Position numbers and translations under genes: made by a program. Below, in pieces: positions 44,632 through 54,822 of a DNA stretch of 64,000 nucleotides. The stretch spans positions 96,001-160,000 of the forward strand of contig JASGJN010000007.1 of NCBI GenBank assembly GCA_049840735.1, given 5' to 3'. Positions within the stretch are counted from its first letter, which is position 1. Every line of letters starts with the position of its first letter. The notes below the pieces were generated by a model, which made no database searches, was not told where the DNA came from, and was given only the letters and a program-made list of their open reading frames with translations. Source of the DNA: Anaeromyxobacter sp. (GTDB lineage Bacteria; Myxococcota; Myxococcia; Myxococcales; Anaeromyxobacteraceae).

Positions 44632-46050
44632 TCACGAGGCCAGCCGGCCCGCCTCCGCCGGGCGCGGCTGGGCCGCAGCCGGCGCGCCGGCAGCGCGCAT
44701 GTCGCCCACCGCGCGGCGCGACGGGCCCAAGAGCTCCAGCAGCCCGCGGGCGGAGGCCTGGCGGATGAACTCGTAGCGGTCGAGCTCCAGCGCCGCCAGC
44801 AGCGACTGGGCCAGCCGCGCCAGGCTGGCCTGCTCGCGCCGGCCGGCCTCGGCGGCCCGGCGCGCCACCACCAGCGCGCGGGCGGCCACGTCGCGCAGCC
44901 GGCGCCGGGTCAGCTCGCGATCCAGCTCCAGGTCGCGCCGCTCCTCCTCGGCCCACTCCAGCTCCTCCAGCCGCCGCGCCCGCTCCGCCAGCGCCCCGGC
45001 GCGCTGCCGGTCCCAGGCCAGCGCCGCCGCCAGCGCGGCGTGGCGCCGCTCGCGGTCGCCCGTCGCGGCGTGCACCAGCAGGCTGGCGCCCACCGGGACC
45101 ACGCACAGCAGCAGCACCGCGGCCCAGGCCGGCACCGCCGGACCCTCGCCGGGCAGGGCCACCACCGCCGCCGCGACCAGCGCGATCAGCACCACCGCCG
45201 AGGCCAGCGCCGCGCCCAGCCAGCCGCGGCGGCGCGGCTCGGCCGGCGCAGCGGCCAGCGCCCCGGCGGCGCGGAGCGCGGCGTGCACCAGCGTGAAGAG
45301 CCCGGCGGCCACGCCGAGCGCGAACAGCAGCGTGAAGATCACCTCCGGCGGCCGGGCCGCCAGCTCGGCCCGCAGCCGGTGCGGGTCCAGTCCGGCGGCC
45401 CGCAGCAGCGGCAGCGCCACCTGCCAGGTGGTGGCGGCCAGCCCGGCGCCGGCCAGGGTCAGCAGGACCGCCTCCGAGAGCGCGCTGCGCCCCGGCGGCC
45501 GGCCCAGCTGCTCGGCGGTGGCCTCGATGGGCGGGCCGGACAGCGCGCCGCAGGCCACGTCCGCGGCCAGCCGCCGCTCCAGCGCCTCGGCCCGCTGCCG
45601 CGCCTCGTCGGACTCCGCCTCCAGCGCCGCCAGCCGGACCTCGAGCGCGTGCACCTCTTCGCGCACCGCGGGCCCCTCCGCGGCGGCCAGCGGCGCGAGC
45701 CAGGCGTCCGGGCCCGCGTCGGCCGCGGCCGGCGGCGACGGCGGGGCGACGCTCACGCGCAGCTCGCCGTCCACCACGCCCAGCTCCAGCCCCAGCCGCT
45801 CGCGCGCCACCGGCAGCGCCGCCAGGTAGCGGGCCAGGCGCGAGCGCAGGTAGTCGTCCAGCGTCACCCCGGCCGCCACCGAGAGCCGGGCCTGCCAGAA
45901 GGCGGCCAGCCAGCTCCGGCGCAGCGGATCGATGCGCGCAGGGCGGGGGCGAGGCGGGGGGCGGTCGGCCGGGAGGCCGAGCCAGGAGCGCGCGCGCCGC
46001 GCGAGGGTGGCCGGGGTTTCTGCGGCGGGGCGGTGGTGCACCTCGAGCAC
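44632..46050 (-). CDS. Hypothetical multi-TM / coiled-coil protein (paralog of 38468-39832)
   Basis: GGGAGG SD then GTG at 46050; 472 aa; same conserved blocks as the paralog. Confidence 0.75.
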   Translation of the reverse strand: MLEVHHRPAAETPATLARRARSWLGLPADRPPPRPRPARIDPLRRSWLAAFWQARLSVAAGVTLDDYLRSRLARYLAALPVARERLGLELGVVDGELRVSVAPPSPPAAADAGPDAWLAPLAAAEGPAVREEVHALEVRLAALEAESDEARQRAEALERRLAADVACGALSGPPIEATAEQLGRPPGRSALSEAVLLTLAGAGLAATTWQVALPLLRAAGLDPHRLRAELAARPPEVIFTLLFALGVAAGLFTLVHAALRAAGALAAAPAEPRRRGWLGAALASAVVLIALVAAAVVALPGEGPAVPAWAAVLLLCVVPVGASLLVHAATGDRERRHAALAAALAWDRQRAGALAERARRLEELEWAEEERRDLELDRELTRRRLRDVAARALVVARRAAEAGRREQASLARLAQSLLAALELDRYEFIRQASARGLLELLGPSRRAVGDMRAAGAPAAAQPRPAEAGRLAS

Positions 46051-46212
46051 GGCGGACCTCCCTAGGTCCCTGGTAAGCACTCCAACGTCCGGTGGCCCGT
46101 CCCTCCCTGGGCCGGGCAGGCGAGCGCAGCCTCCATCGGCCCACCCGCGGCCTCGTCCCGCGGCCATGGGGCACAGGCCGGCTGCCCTGCGCTTCGGATA
46201 CACTCGGGCGGC

Positions 46213-46551
46213 ATGTCGGAGCAGGACGCCTCGCGCTGGACGTTGATCTCGGTCCTCTTCTCCTCGGTGCCGCTCTCCGCCTCGCTGGCGGCGACGCTGC
46301 ACCAGACGGCGCTGGACCTCTACCGCAAGGACGAGCCGCAGAGTCCGGTGGGGGGCGACCTGGTCACGGGCCGTGTGGTCAACCTGCGCAAGACCATGCA
46401 GCTCGGGGCCATCAGCGGTCCCGCCTTCGAGGCCAGGCTCGAGACCGAGCGCGGGAGCGGCACCGTGAGATACCTGCTCACGCGCCAGGGGCTGGAGCTG
46501 ATGGGGCTGGGAGATCCCGCCCCGGTGACCCGCCCCAAGTACCTGAACTGA
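46213..46551 (+). CDS. Hypothetical protein
   Basis: 112-aa ORF with protein-like composition and high GC3; no family recognised. Confidence 0.7.
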   Translation: MSEQDASRWTLISVLFSSVPLSASLAATLHQTALDLYRKDEPQSPVGGDLVTGRVVNLRKTMQLGAISGPAFEARLETERGSGTVRYLLTRQGLELMGLGDPAPVTRPKYLN

Positions 46552-46630
46552 GCCGAGGCCGGCGAGGAGCCGCGTCCCTCGATCCCACGAGGGCAGCGCT
46601 GCCCCCACTCGGGCTATGTTCCCCGGCCGA

Positions 46631-47002
46631 GTGACGCGACCGCGGATCCTCATCATCGAGGACGATCAGGACGTGCGCGAGGCGCTGGCCGAGGCCATCC
46701 GCGACGCCGGCGTCCAGGTCGAGCTGGCCACCGACGGCCTGGACGGCCTCGAGCGCCTGCACGCCGGCGCCGCGCCCGGCGCGATCCTGCTCGACCTGCG
46801 CATGCCGCGGCTGGGAGGCGAGGAGTTCCTGCGCCAGCTGCGCACCGACCCGCGCTACGACGCCGTGCCGGTCATCACCATGACCGGCGGGCCGGACCGG
46901 GCACCGGCGCCGGGCGGCGTGGCCCACCTCCAGAAGCCGTTCGACCTGGAGGATTCGATGGGGATCGTGCTGTCGCTCTACGAGACGGCGCCCGAGGCCT
47001 GA
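46631..47002 (+). CDS. Single-domain response regulator (CheY-like)
   Basis: ILIIEDD, LLDLRMP, TMTG, QKPFD. Confidence 0.88.
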   Translation: MTRPRILIIEDDQDVREALAEAIRDAGVQVELATDGLDGLERLHAGAAPGAILLDLRMPRLGGEEFLRQLRTDPRYDAVPVITMTGGPDRAPAPGGVAHLQKPFDLEDSMGIVLSLYETAPEA

Positions 47003-47160
47003 CGGCCGGCCTCGTTCACCCCAGGTCACATCACCAGCCGCCCGAGGCCTCCCCCTCCGGCCCCCCGCGCTGCGGGCGGCCCGGCAGCCTTTGATGGGCT
47101 GGCGGGATCCCGTCCGGGCGAGCGGGTCGCAGCGTGTCGTCCGGGAAGGGGACGGACCCG

Positions 47161-49243
47161 ATGATGGACGCGTCAATCTGCGGGCGGGGGGACGAGCCCC
47201 GCGCCGGGCGGAGGCTGTGGCGGTTCGCGGCGGTGGGCGCCTCCGGCGTGGCCGTCAACCTGGCGGCGCTCCACCTGCTCGCCGCCGGCCTGGGCCTCCC
47301 CGAGCTGGCGGCCTCGGCGCTGGCCATCGAGGCCAGCGTGCTCTCCAACTTCGCGCTCCACACCCGGTTCACCTTCGGTGACCGCGCCGGCCCGGGGGGC
47401 CTGGGGCGGCTGATGCGCTACCACGCGGTGAGCGCGGTGGGGATCGCGCTGCAGCTCGCCACCTTCGCCGCCGCGGCGCTCCTCTCGGCGCAGCTGCTGG
47501 GCCGGCCGGCGCTGGGGGCCTGGCGCTACCCGGCCCAGCTCCTGGGGGTGGTGCTGGGCTTCGGCTGGAGCTTCGTCGCCTCGAGCCGCTGGGCCTGGGC
47601 GCCGGCGCCGGCCGTGCCGGGTCCGCCGGCCCGCCTCGAGCCGGCGGCGCTGCTCTTCTGGGCGCTGCTGCTGCTCCACCTGGTGCCGATCTGGGCGGTG
47701 GCCTACCTGCCGACGCAGGACGGGCCGCTGCACGTGGAGAACGTGCTGGCGCTGCTCCGCCACGAGGCCTCGCCGCTCCTGCGGCAGTGGTACGTCGCGA
47801 ACTGGGGCGCGCAGCCCAACTGGCTCACCCAGGCGCTGATCGCGCCGCTGCTGCAGGTGGTCTCGCCGGCGGTGGCGGAGAAGGTGGTCCTGACCGGCTA
47901 CACCGTCCTCTTCCCGCTCGGCCTCCGGGTCGCGCTGCCGGCCGGCCGGCGCGGCTGGTGGGCGGCGCTGGCCGCCTTCCCCTTCGTGCACGCCTACCCG
48001 TTCTACATGGGCTTCTGGAACTTCTGCTACGGCCTGGCGCTGGCGTTCCTGGCGGCGGGGTTCTGGGCCCGAACGCGCGGCCGCATGACGCCGGGGCGGA
48101 TGGCGGTGCTGGCGGCCCTGTCGGTGCTGCTCTACCTGGCCCACCTGGTGGCCTTCGGCGGCGCGCTGGTGGCGGTGGCCTGCCTCTCGGTGGTCCGGGC
48201 GGCCACGGCCTGGCGGCGCTCGGCGCGCCACCCCGCCTTCCGCGCCGTGGTGCGGCGCGCCTGGACGCTGCGGGCCGCGGTGGGGCTGGTCACCGCCGGC
48301 CCGGGGCTGGCGCTCCTGGCCGCCTGGCTGCTGGCCCACCGCGATCGCGCCTCGGCCCGCATCCCGCTGCCGGAGCTGGTCGCCAAGCTGGCCGCCGGCT
48401 ACGCCATGGTCTCGCTCGACCGGCGAGAGGTCTTCCTGGCGGCTGCGGTCTCGCTGGTGCTGGCGGTGACGGCGGTTCACCTGCTGCTGCTCCGCGCCTC
48501 CTGGTCGCGCAAGCTGCGCCCCGCCGACGGCTGGCTCCTGGCGGCAGCGGTCTTCGCCGTCCTCTACTTCGCCATCCCGGACGTCGTGGCGGCGGGCGCC
48601 CACGTCTCCGACCGGCTGGCCCTCCTGTCCTTCCTCTCGCTGGTGGCCTGGATCGGCGCGCGCTTCGCGCCGGAGGCCTCGGTCCGCCGCACCGCCATCG
48701 CGCTGACCGCTCTGGCGGTGGCGGCGCTGGCGGTCCGGCTCCAGAAGCAGCGGGAGCTCTCCGGGTACCTCGAGGAGTTCGTCTCGGCCTCGCAGGCGGT
48801 GGGGCCGGACAGCGTGCTCCTGCCGCTGGCCTTCGCGCCGCACGGGCCGCGCGACGCCGACGGGCGGCGCATGGGGTACCGGATTCAAGCCGTTCCTGCA
48901 CGCCACAGGCTGGATCGTGGCGGCGCGGGGCGGGGTGGACCTCAAGAACAGCCAGGCCAACACCGATCAGTGCCCGGTCCGCTGGCCGGCGGGGCGGAAC
49001 CCGTTCTCCACCATCGCCGCCTCGCTGGGGCGGATGGAGGGGATGCCACCCTGCGTGGACCTGCGCCGGACGCCGGGCGGCGGGCGGATCGACTACGTGC
49101 TGACCTGGGGGGCCACCCGCGAGCTGCTGGACACGCCCTGCGGCGCGGCGCTGGCGGAGGACCTCTCCCGGCGCTACGAGCCGGTCTTCCTGTCGGAGCC
49201 GCGCGGCTTGCTGGAGGTCTGGAGGCCGCGGGCGGGGCGGTGA
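47161..49243 (+). CDS. GtrA-domain protein fused to a multi-TM GT-C-like membrane protein (apparent +1 frameshift at ~48884)
   Basis: RFAAVGASGVAVN..LSNFALH.RFTF GtrA domain; PTQDGPLH..PNW..MGFWNF and many TM segments; the frame continues IKPFLHA after removing one T. Confidence 0.75.
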
Positions 49244-49302
49244 GGCGCGCGCGCCGACGATGCGGCGCTTCCATTCTTCGTCCGACTGGACCGTGTCCCT
49301 CT

Positions 49303-49347
49303 CGGGCTGAACGTAGCAAGCCCGCAGGGCTTGCGGAGCCGAAGCCC
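49303..49347. repeat. REP-like element (single inverted unit)
   Basis: CGGGCTGAACGTA-GCAAGCCC-GCA-GGGCTTGC-GGAGCCGAAGCCC. Confidence 0.78.
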
Positions 49348-49367
49348 AGGGGTGGAGCGGAAGAGGC

Positions 49368-50027
49368 TCAGACCGGCCCCTGGTCGTCATCGACCAGCGC
49401 GCCCGTCTTCCAGCCCAGCCGGATGGAGAGCATCCGCACCGAGAACGCCACCGCGATGCCCACCGGCGCGGCCAGCGCCGGCTGCACTTCCAGGTGGACC
49501 GAGAGCACGATGAACGCCGAGCAGCCGGCCAGCGCCGCCAGGGCGTAGAACTCTCCCGGCTTGAACATGAGCGGCTCGTCGCGCACCAGCACGTCGCGCA
49601 CCAGGCCGCCGCCCACCGCGTTCACCACCCCGACCAGCGTGGCGGTGAGGAGCGGCAGCTGCAGCGCGATGGACTTCTGCGCGCCGATCACCGCGTACAT
49701 GCCCAGCGCCAGCGCGTCGGCCAGCACGAAGAGGAGCTTCAACCGGTGCATGTGGCGGGCGAAGTAGGCGCCCACCCCGGCGCCGGCCAGCACGCCCAGG
49801 AGGTAGCGGCCGTCGGTGATCACCGCCGGCGGGCCGCCCTGCAGGAACAGGCCGTCGCGCAGCAGCGCGCCGCCCAGGCCGGTCACGAAGGCCAGCACCA
49901 GCACGCCCACCAGGTCGTACCGCTTGCGCATCGCGGCCAGCGCCCCGGTGATGGCGAACAGGAAGGTGGCGGCCAGGTCGAAGGCGACCGGGAGGTGGAA
50001 CGGGCCGGTGAGGAGCGGCGGGTGCAC
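49368..50027 (-). CDS. Trimeric intracellular cation channel / UPF0126 (YadS-like) membrane protein
   Basis: FAITGALAA..D.VG..VTGLGG..RD; DALALG..G; NAVGGGLVRDVL..P. Confidence 0.88.
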   Translation of the reverse strand: MHPPLLTGPFHLPVAFDLAATFLFAITGALAAMRKRYDLVGVLVLAFVTGLGGALLRDGLFLQGGPPAVITDGRYLLGVLAGAGVGAYFARHMHRLKLLFVLADALALGMYAVIGAQKSIALQLPLLTATLVGVVNAVGGGLVRDVLVRDEPLMFKPGEFYALAALAGCSAFIVLSVHLEVQPALAAPVGIAVAFSVRMLSIRLGWKTGALVDDDQGPV

Positions 50028-50100
50028 AGGCGCTTCTTAGCACGCCGTGCGGCGGCGGGCGCGGACGAGGGCGGGCCGGATCCGCTATCCTGCGCGGCCG

Positions 50101-50820
50101 ATGAGCCCCGCCCCGCCCCCGATCCGGATCGTCCTGCTCCGGCCCCGCAACCCGGAGAACCTGGGGGCGGTGGCGCGCGCCATGAAGAACTTCGGCCTGG
50201 ACGACTGGGCCATCGCCGAGCTGGGCACGCACGACTTCGCCGCCATGCGCCGGGTGGCGGTGCACGCCGAGGACCTGCTGGACCGGCCGCGGCTGGTCCG
50301 GACCCTGGACGAGGCGGTGGCTGACTGCGCCTGGGTGGTGGGCACCAGCTCGCGCAGCGTCCCGGGCAAGCGGCGGCTGGCGCCGGCGGCGGTGGCCTCC
50401 GAGGCGCTGGCCCGCGCCGGCGAGGGGCGGACGGCGATCGTGTTCGGGGACGAGCGGAGCGGCCTCACCAACGAGGAGGTCCACCGCTGCCATGACCTGT
50501 CGGCGGTGCCGACCGATCCGGCCCAGCCGTCCATCAACCTGGCGCAGGCGGTGCTGCTCTATGCCTACGAGGTCCGGCGCGCGGCGCTGGCCGCCGCGCC
50601 GCCCCCGGTGCGGCCGGCGGAGGGGGCCACCGACGCCGAGCTGGCGGCGGTGGAGGAGGCGCTGCGCCAGGCGCTCCGCGAGGGCGGCTTCCTGCGCGGG
50701 CCGGAGCGGCACGGCGTGCGAGATTCGATGGCGGCCCTGCGCCGGGCCCGGCTCTCGCGCCGCGAGGCGAAGCTCTGGATCGCGGCGATGCGGATGATGG
50801 GGAAGGGGCGGGGCGAGTGA
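50101..50820 (+). CDS. trmJ: TrmJ/TrmH-family tRNA/rRNA methyltransferase
   Basis: PRNPENLGAVARAMKNFG; AIVFGDERSGLTNEE; PSINLAQAV. Confidence 0.85.
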   Translation: MSPAPPPIRIVLLRPRNPENLGAVARAMKNFGLDDWAIAELGTHDFAAMRRVAVHAEDLLDRPRLVRTLDEAVADCAWVVGTSSRSVPGKRRLAPAAVASEALARAGEGRTAIVFGDERSGLTNEEVHRCHDLSAVPTDPAQPSINLAQAVLLYAYEVRRAALAAAPPPVRPAEGATDAELAAVEEALRQALREGGFLRGPERHGVRDSMAALRRARLSRREAKLWIAAMRMMGKGRGE

Positions 50821-50883
50821 GCCAGCTCCGCGTCAGGGAAGCCTGACAGCGCCCAGAGGCGTGCGGGCAGCTGGCCCGCCCCG

Positions 50884-50929
50884 GTCATGCTGAGCGTAGC
50901 TCGCCCGGAGGGCGAGCGGAGTCGAAGCA
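50884..50929. repeat. REP-like element (single inverted unit)
   Basis: GTCATGCTGAGCGTA-GCTCGCCC-GGA-GGGCGAGC-GGAGTCGAAGCA. Confidence 0.82.
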
Positions 50930-50949
50930 CGACCGGGGGACCGCCCCCG

Positions 50950-51741
50950 TCAGATCCACCCGCCGTCGATCACGTAGGTCTGGTTGGTCATGGCCGCGCT
51001 GTCCTCGGCGCCCAGGAACAGGACCAGCGGCGCCACATCCTCCGGCACCAGCAGCCGCGGCACGCACTGCCGCGACAGCACCTCGCGCTCGTAGTCGGGC
51101 GTCATCCAGAGCCGGCGCTGCCGTTCGGTGAGGATCGCGCCGGGCAGCACCGCGTTGACCCGGATCCCCTGGCCGCCCAGCGCGTGGGCCAGCGAGCGGG
51201 TCATCCCCACCAGCGCCGCCTTGGCGGTGACGTACACGTGCAGGTCGGGGGAGGGGATCATCCAGGCGATGGAGCTCATGTTGACGATTGACCCGCCGCC
51301 GGCCCGGGCCATGCCGGGCGCCACCGCCTGGGCAGCGAAGAACTGGTGCTTGAGGTTCACGGCGATGCCGGCGTCCCAGCCCTCCGGCGTGACCTCCTCC
51401 AGCTTGTGCCGGTCGTCGCGGGCGGCGTTGTTGACCAGCGTCCGCACCGGCCCCAGGCCCGCCTCGATCTCGGCGATGGCCCGCTGCAGCGCGGCGGTGT
51501 CGGTGAGATTGCAGGGCAGGAAGCGCGGCGCGTGGGCCGCGCCGGGGGCGAGCCGCGCCGCCAGCGCCTCGCCGGCCTCGCGGGCCACGTCCAGGAAGGC
51601 CACCTTCGCGCCCTGGCGCGCGAAGGCCTCCACCAGGCAGGCGCCGATGCCGGTGGCGCCGCCGGTGACCAGCGCCACGCGATCGCGCAGGGTGGGGAAC
51701 TGGGCGGCGGTGCCGGCTGTGGTGGGGGCGCTCGGGCTCAT
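50950..51741 (-). CDS. SDR oxidoreductase, D-xylose dehydrogenase-like
   Basis: TGGATGIG, NNAARDDRH, YVTAK, TERQRRLW, IDGGW; resembles sugar-dehydrogenase SDRs such as Caulobacter XylB. Confidence 0.85.
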   Translation of the reverse strand: MSPSAPTTAGTAAQFPTLRDRVALVTGGATGIGACLVEAFARQGAKVAFLDVAREAGEALAARLAPGAAHAPRFLPCNLTDTAALQRAIAEIEAGLGPVRTLVNNAARDDRHKLEEVTPEGWDAGIAVNLKHQFFAAQAVAPGMARAGGGSIVNMSSIAWMIPSPDLHVYVTAKAALVGMTRSLAHALGGQGIRVNAVLPGAILTERQRRLWMTPDYEREVLSRQCVPRLLVPEDVAPLVLFLGAEDSAAMTNQTYVIDGGWI

Positions 51742-51772
51742 GGGCCCGTTCTGGCGCGGGCGGGCGGGGCGG

Positions 51773-52612
51773 TCAAGGGGCGCGAACCCCCGCCACGCGC
51801 GCCCACGCCTCGCCCACCCGCCCCAGCGCGGCGCCGCCCGGCGCCTCCACCACGATCGACGCCGCGGCCGCGCCCAGCCGGGCGGCCTCCACCGGCTCCG
51901 CGCCGCCCGCCAGCGCGAGCATGAACCCGGCCGCGAAGACGTCGCCGGCGCCGGTCGGATCCACCTCGGCGGTGGCGTAGGCGCCCACCCAGCGGCTCCG
52001 GCCGCCCTCCAGCAGCTCGCAGCCGCGGGCGCCGTGGGTGAACACCACCCGCGGCACCGCCCGCTGCAGCAGCTCGAGCAGCCCGGGCTGGCCGCGCACC
52101 TCGTCCTCGCCCACGAAGACCACGTCCACGCCGTCGAGCCAGCCCGCGGGCGGGTTCCAGGGCGGCTGCAGCACGCGGCCATCCGCCGCCACCACCCGCA
52201 GGAGCCCCTGCACGCCCAGCCCCGCCAGCGGCGCGCCGGCCGCGGCCAGGAAGGCGGGCACGTCCAGCTCGGCCAGCACCGGCGCCAGCAGCAGCGCGTC
52301 CGGCCCGCGCCACGCGGCCGGCAGCGCGGCGGCCTCGAGCGGCGGGGCGGCCGAGCCCACGCGCTGGGTGCGGGCGCCGTCCGGTCCGTGCCGGTTCTCG
52401 AAGCGGGTGGTGGCCGGGGCGGGCAGGACGCGCGCCTCCAGACCGTCGAGCGCGGACGCCGGGAAGTCGGCCGCGGCGGCGGTCAGCACCTGCACCCGGG
52501 CCCCCAGGGCCCGCAGCGCCTGCCCGCCGTAGTAGACCGAGCCGCCCGGCGCCGGGCCGGCGGGGGTCGCGTCCAGGGTGACGTGACCCACCGTGAGCAC
52601 CCGCGGGCTCAC
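51773..52612 (-). CDS. PfkB-family carbohydrate kinase
   Basis: VGHVTLD, PGGS, THGARG, VDPTGAGDVFAAGF. Confidence 0.88.
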   Translation of the reverse strand: MSPRVLTVGHVTLDATPAGPAPGGSVYYGGQALRALGARVQVLTAAAADFPASALDGLEARVLPAPATTRFENRHGPDGARTQRVGSAAPPLEAAALPAAWRGPDALLLAPVLAELDVPAFLAAAGAPLAGLGVQGLLRVVAADGRVLQPPWNPPAGWLDGVDVVFVGEDEVRGQPGLLELLQRAVPRVVFTHGARGCELLEGGRSRWVGAYATAEVDPTGAGDVFAAGFMLALAGGAEPVEAARLGAAAASIVVEAPGGAALGRVGEAWARVAGVRAP

Positions 52613-53283
52613 GCGCCCTCCGGCAGGATGCGCAGCACCCGGGCCGCCTTCACGGCGGTGGCCTCGATGTCGAGCGTGGTTGGCACCTCATGGCTGGCCA
52701 GCACCTCGAAGCCGCCGGCCGGCGCGTAGCTGCGGCCCGCGTCGCCTGCCAGCACCGTCACGCCCTGCGCCGCCAGCGCCCGGAACCAGCGCAGCGAGCG
52801 CTCGGCCAGGGCCCGCTCGTAGAACACGTCCCCGGCCAGCAGCAGCTGGCAGCCGGGGAGCGGCCGGCCGATGGCGTCCCCCAGCGCGAAGGCCAGCGCC
52901 ACGCCGTTCCGCTCCGCGTTGAGCGCGATGGCGGCGGCGCAGAACGGGTCCTGGTCCAGCGCCAGCACCGAGCGCGCCCCGGCGCGCGCCGCGGCGATGC
53001 CCACCAGGCCGCTGCCGGAGGCGAAGTCCACCACCGCGCGGCCGGCCGCCAGCGCCGGGTGATCCAGCAGGTGGCGCGCCAGCGCCTGGCCGCCGGCCCA
53101 GGGATAGGCCCAGAACGGCGTGTCGCTCCAGGCCGCCGGCGCGGCGGCGGTGGCGTGCCAGAGCGGGGTCAGCTCGCCGGCCTGCAGCAGCGTCAGCTCC
53201 GGCACCAGCGGGACCGGCGCGGGGGCGGTGCGGGCCAGGACGAGCTCGCGCAGCGCCGCGGGGCCGAGGTCGGGGTCGGTCAT
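52609..53283 (-). CDS. Class I SAM-dependent methyltransferase (PrmA/METTL20-like)
   Basis: ATG 53283; PFWAYPWAGGQALAR, VDFASGSGLVGIAAA, LAGDVFYE. Confidence 0.85.
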   Translation of the reverse strand: MTDPDLGPAALRELVLARTAPAPVPLVPELTLLQAGELTPLWHATAAAPAAWSDTPFWAYPWAGGQALARHLLDHPALAAGRAVVDFASGSGLVGIAAARAGARSVLALDQDPFCAAAIALNAERNGVALAFALGDAIGRPLPGCQLLLAGDVFYERALAERSLRWFRALAAQGVTVLAGDAGRSYAPAGGFEVLASHEVPTTLDIEATAVKAARVLRILPEGA

Positions 53284-53315
53284 CGGGCGCACGCTCCGCC
53301 GGAACCGCGCGCCGG

Positions 53316-54264
53316 TCAAGGGGGCGCGAGCACCCGCAGCGCCCCCGGGCGCAGCGCGAAGCGGGCCGGGGTCTGGCCCGCGGGCTCGCCGTCGGCCACC
53401 AGCGCCTGCGGCGGGTCGGTCTCCGACCACCACCACGCGCCCGCGGCGGCGCACGACCGCCGGATCCTCCAGGTGCCTCCCGCGCAGCAGCCGCGCGCCG
53501 TAGCGGGCCAGCCGGGCCAGGTCGCGCAGCCGCGCCTCGCCCTCCGCCCCCGCCGCCGCCTCCACCACGTAGACGTCCAGCCGGTGATCGTCGAGCCGCG
53601 CGTCCGGCGCGACCAGGTGGCCGCCGCCGTGGTAGCGGCCGTTGCCGACCAACACTTGAAGTGCCTCGTGCTCGCCCTGCTCGCCGTCCACGCCGAGCCG
53701 CACGCGGAAGGGCCGGGCCTCGGCGGCGGCGACCGCGCTGGCCACCGGGTAGGCCAGCGGACCGGCGGTGCGCTTGAGGCCGCCGTGGAGCCGGCGCGTC
53801 ACCGCCGCGGCCAGCCCGGCGGCGGCCGCGTTGAGGAAGGGGCGCCCGTTCACCTCGGCCAGGTCGATGTCCCGCACCTCGCCCGCCGCGAGCGCGCGGG
53901 CCGCCGCGCGCAGGTCGTGGATGGGCAGCCCCAGCCCGCGGGCGAGGTCGTTGCCGGTCCCCATGGGCAGCACGCCGAGCGGCACGCCGGTGCCGGCCAG
54001 GACCGCCGCGGCCGCCGACTGCGTGCCGTCGCCGCCGCCCACCACCACCCGCTCGGCGCCGCTCCGCAGCGCCTCCCGGAGCCGCTCCGGCAGCGCCTCG
54101 GGATCGTCCAGCGCCTCGGCCGCCGCCAGCAGGAAGCCGGCCCGCACCAGCTCCTCCCGCGCCCGCTCGAACAGCGCCTGGCCACGCCGCGCCGCGGCGT
54201 TGACCAGCAGGACGGTCCGGGGCGCCGGGGAGTCCTTCCCCTGGTCCGCCGGCCCGTGGAACAT
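53316..54264 (-). CDS. Diacylglycerol/lipid kinase, YegS/BmrU family (apparent +1 frameshift at ~53423)
   Basis: LVNAAARRG, GGGDGT, LPMGTGNDLARGLG, VGNGRYHGGG; shifted frame ..ADGE..TPARF.LRPGALRV..* ends at 53316. Confidence 0.85.
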
Positions 54265-54390
54265 CGCTGGCTTGCCCACGCCTGCAGGGTGAGTCCCTTG
54301 CCGCGCCCGGGCGAGGCCCGCCCGGGCGGCTCCGGCTGGGATGCGTCGAGACGGTTGCACCCTCGGTGGGGGAGCAGCAAGGTCACAGGC

Positions 54391-54768
54391 ATGGCCACCG
54401 TGCGCCCAGAGGAACGCCGCCGCTTCTCGCGCGTCCCCTACCAGTCCCCGGCCCAGCTGCTGATCGGGACCCGGAGCTTCGTCTGCGGGGTGCACGACGT
54501 GTCGCTCAAGGGCGTCCTCCTGGACAGCCCCGGCCCTGGGCGCGCCAAGCTGGGCCAGCCCTGCCGCGTGGTGATCGACCTGGGCGGCGGCGGCGAGGTG
54601 ATCCAGCTGCAGGGCACGGTGGCCCACGTCGAGGCCGGCACGGTGGGCGTGCGCTGCACCGGCATCGATCTCGAGGGGCTGAGCCGGCTGCGCCGCCTGC
54701 TGGAGCTGAACCTGGGCGACGAGGCGCTCCTGCACCGCGAGCTGGGCGCGCTGGTGCGGAGCCATTGA
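54391..54768 (+). CDS. PilZ domain (c-di-GMP binding) protein
   Basis: ERRRFSR (RxxxR) and DVSLKG (DxSxxG); LRRLLELNLGD..LLHREL as in stand-alone PilZ proteins. Confidence 0.9.
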   Translation: MATVRPEERRRFSRVPYQSPAQLLIGTRSFVCGVHDVSLKGVLLDSPGPGRAKLGQPCRVVIDLGGGGEVIQLQGTVAHVEAGTVGVRCTGIDLEGLSRLRRLLELNLGDEALLHRELGALVRSH

Positions 54769-54822
54769 GGCCTCGCCGCTGGCCTCGACCATTCGCCCCG
54801 GGCTTGTCGAGGCGCGTGGCGG

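Noticed and set aside
52609..54792. Lipid kinase-methyltransferase fusion
   Set aside because: The intervening translation is non-homologous. The kinase C-terminus continues in another frame to TGA 53316.
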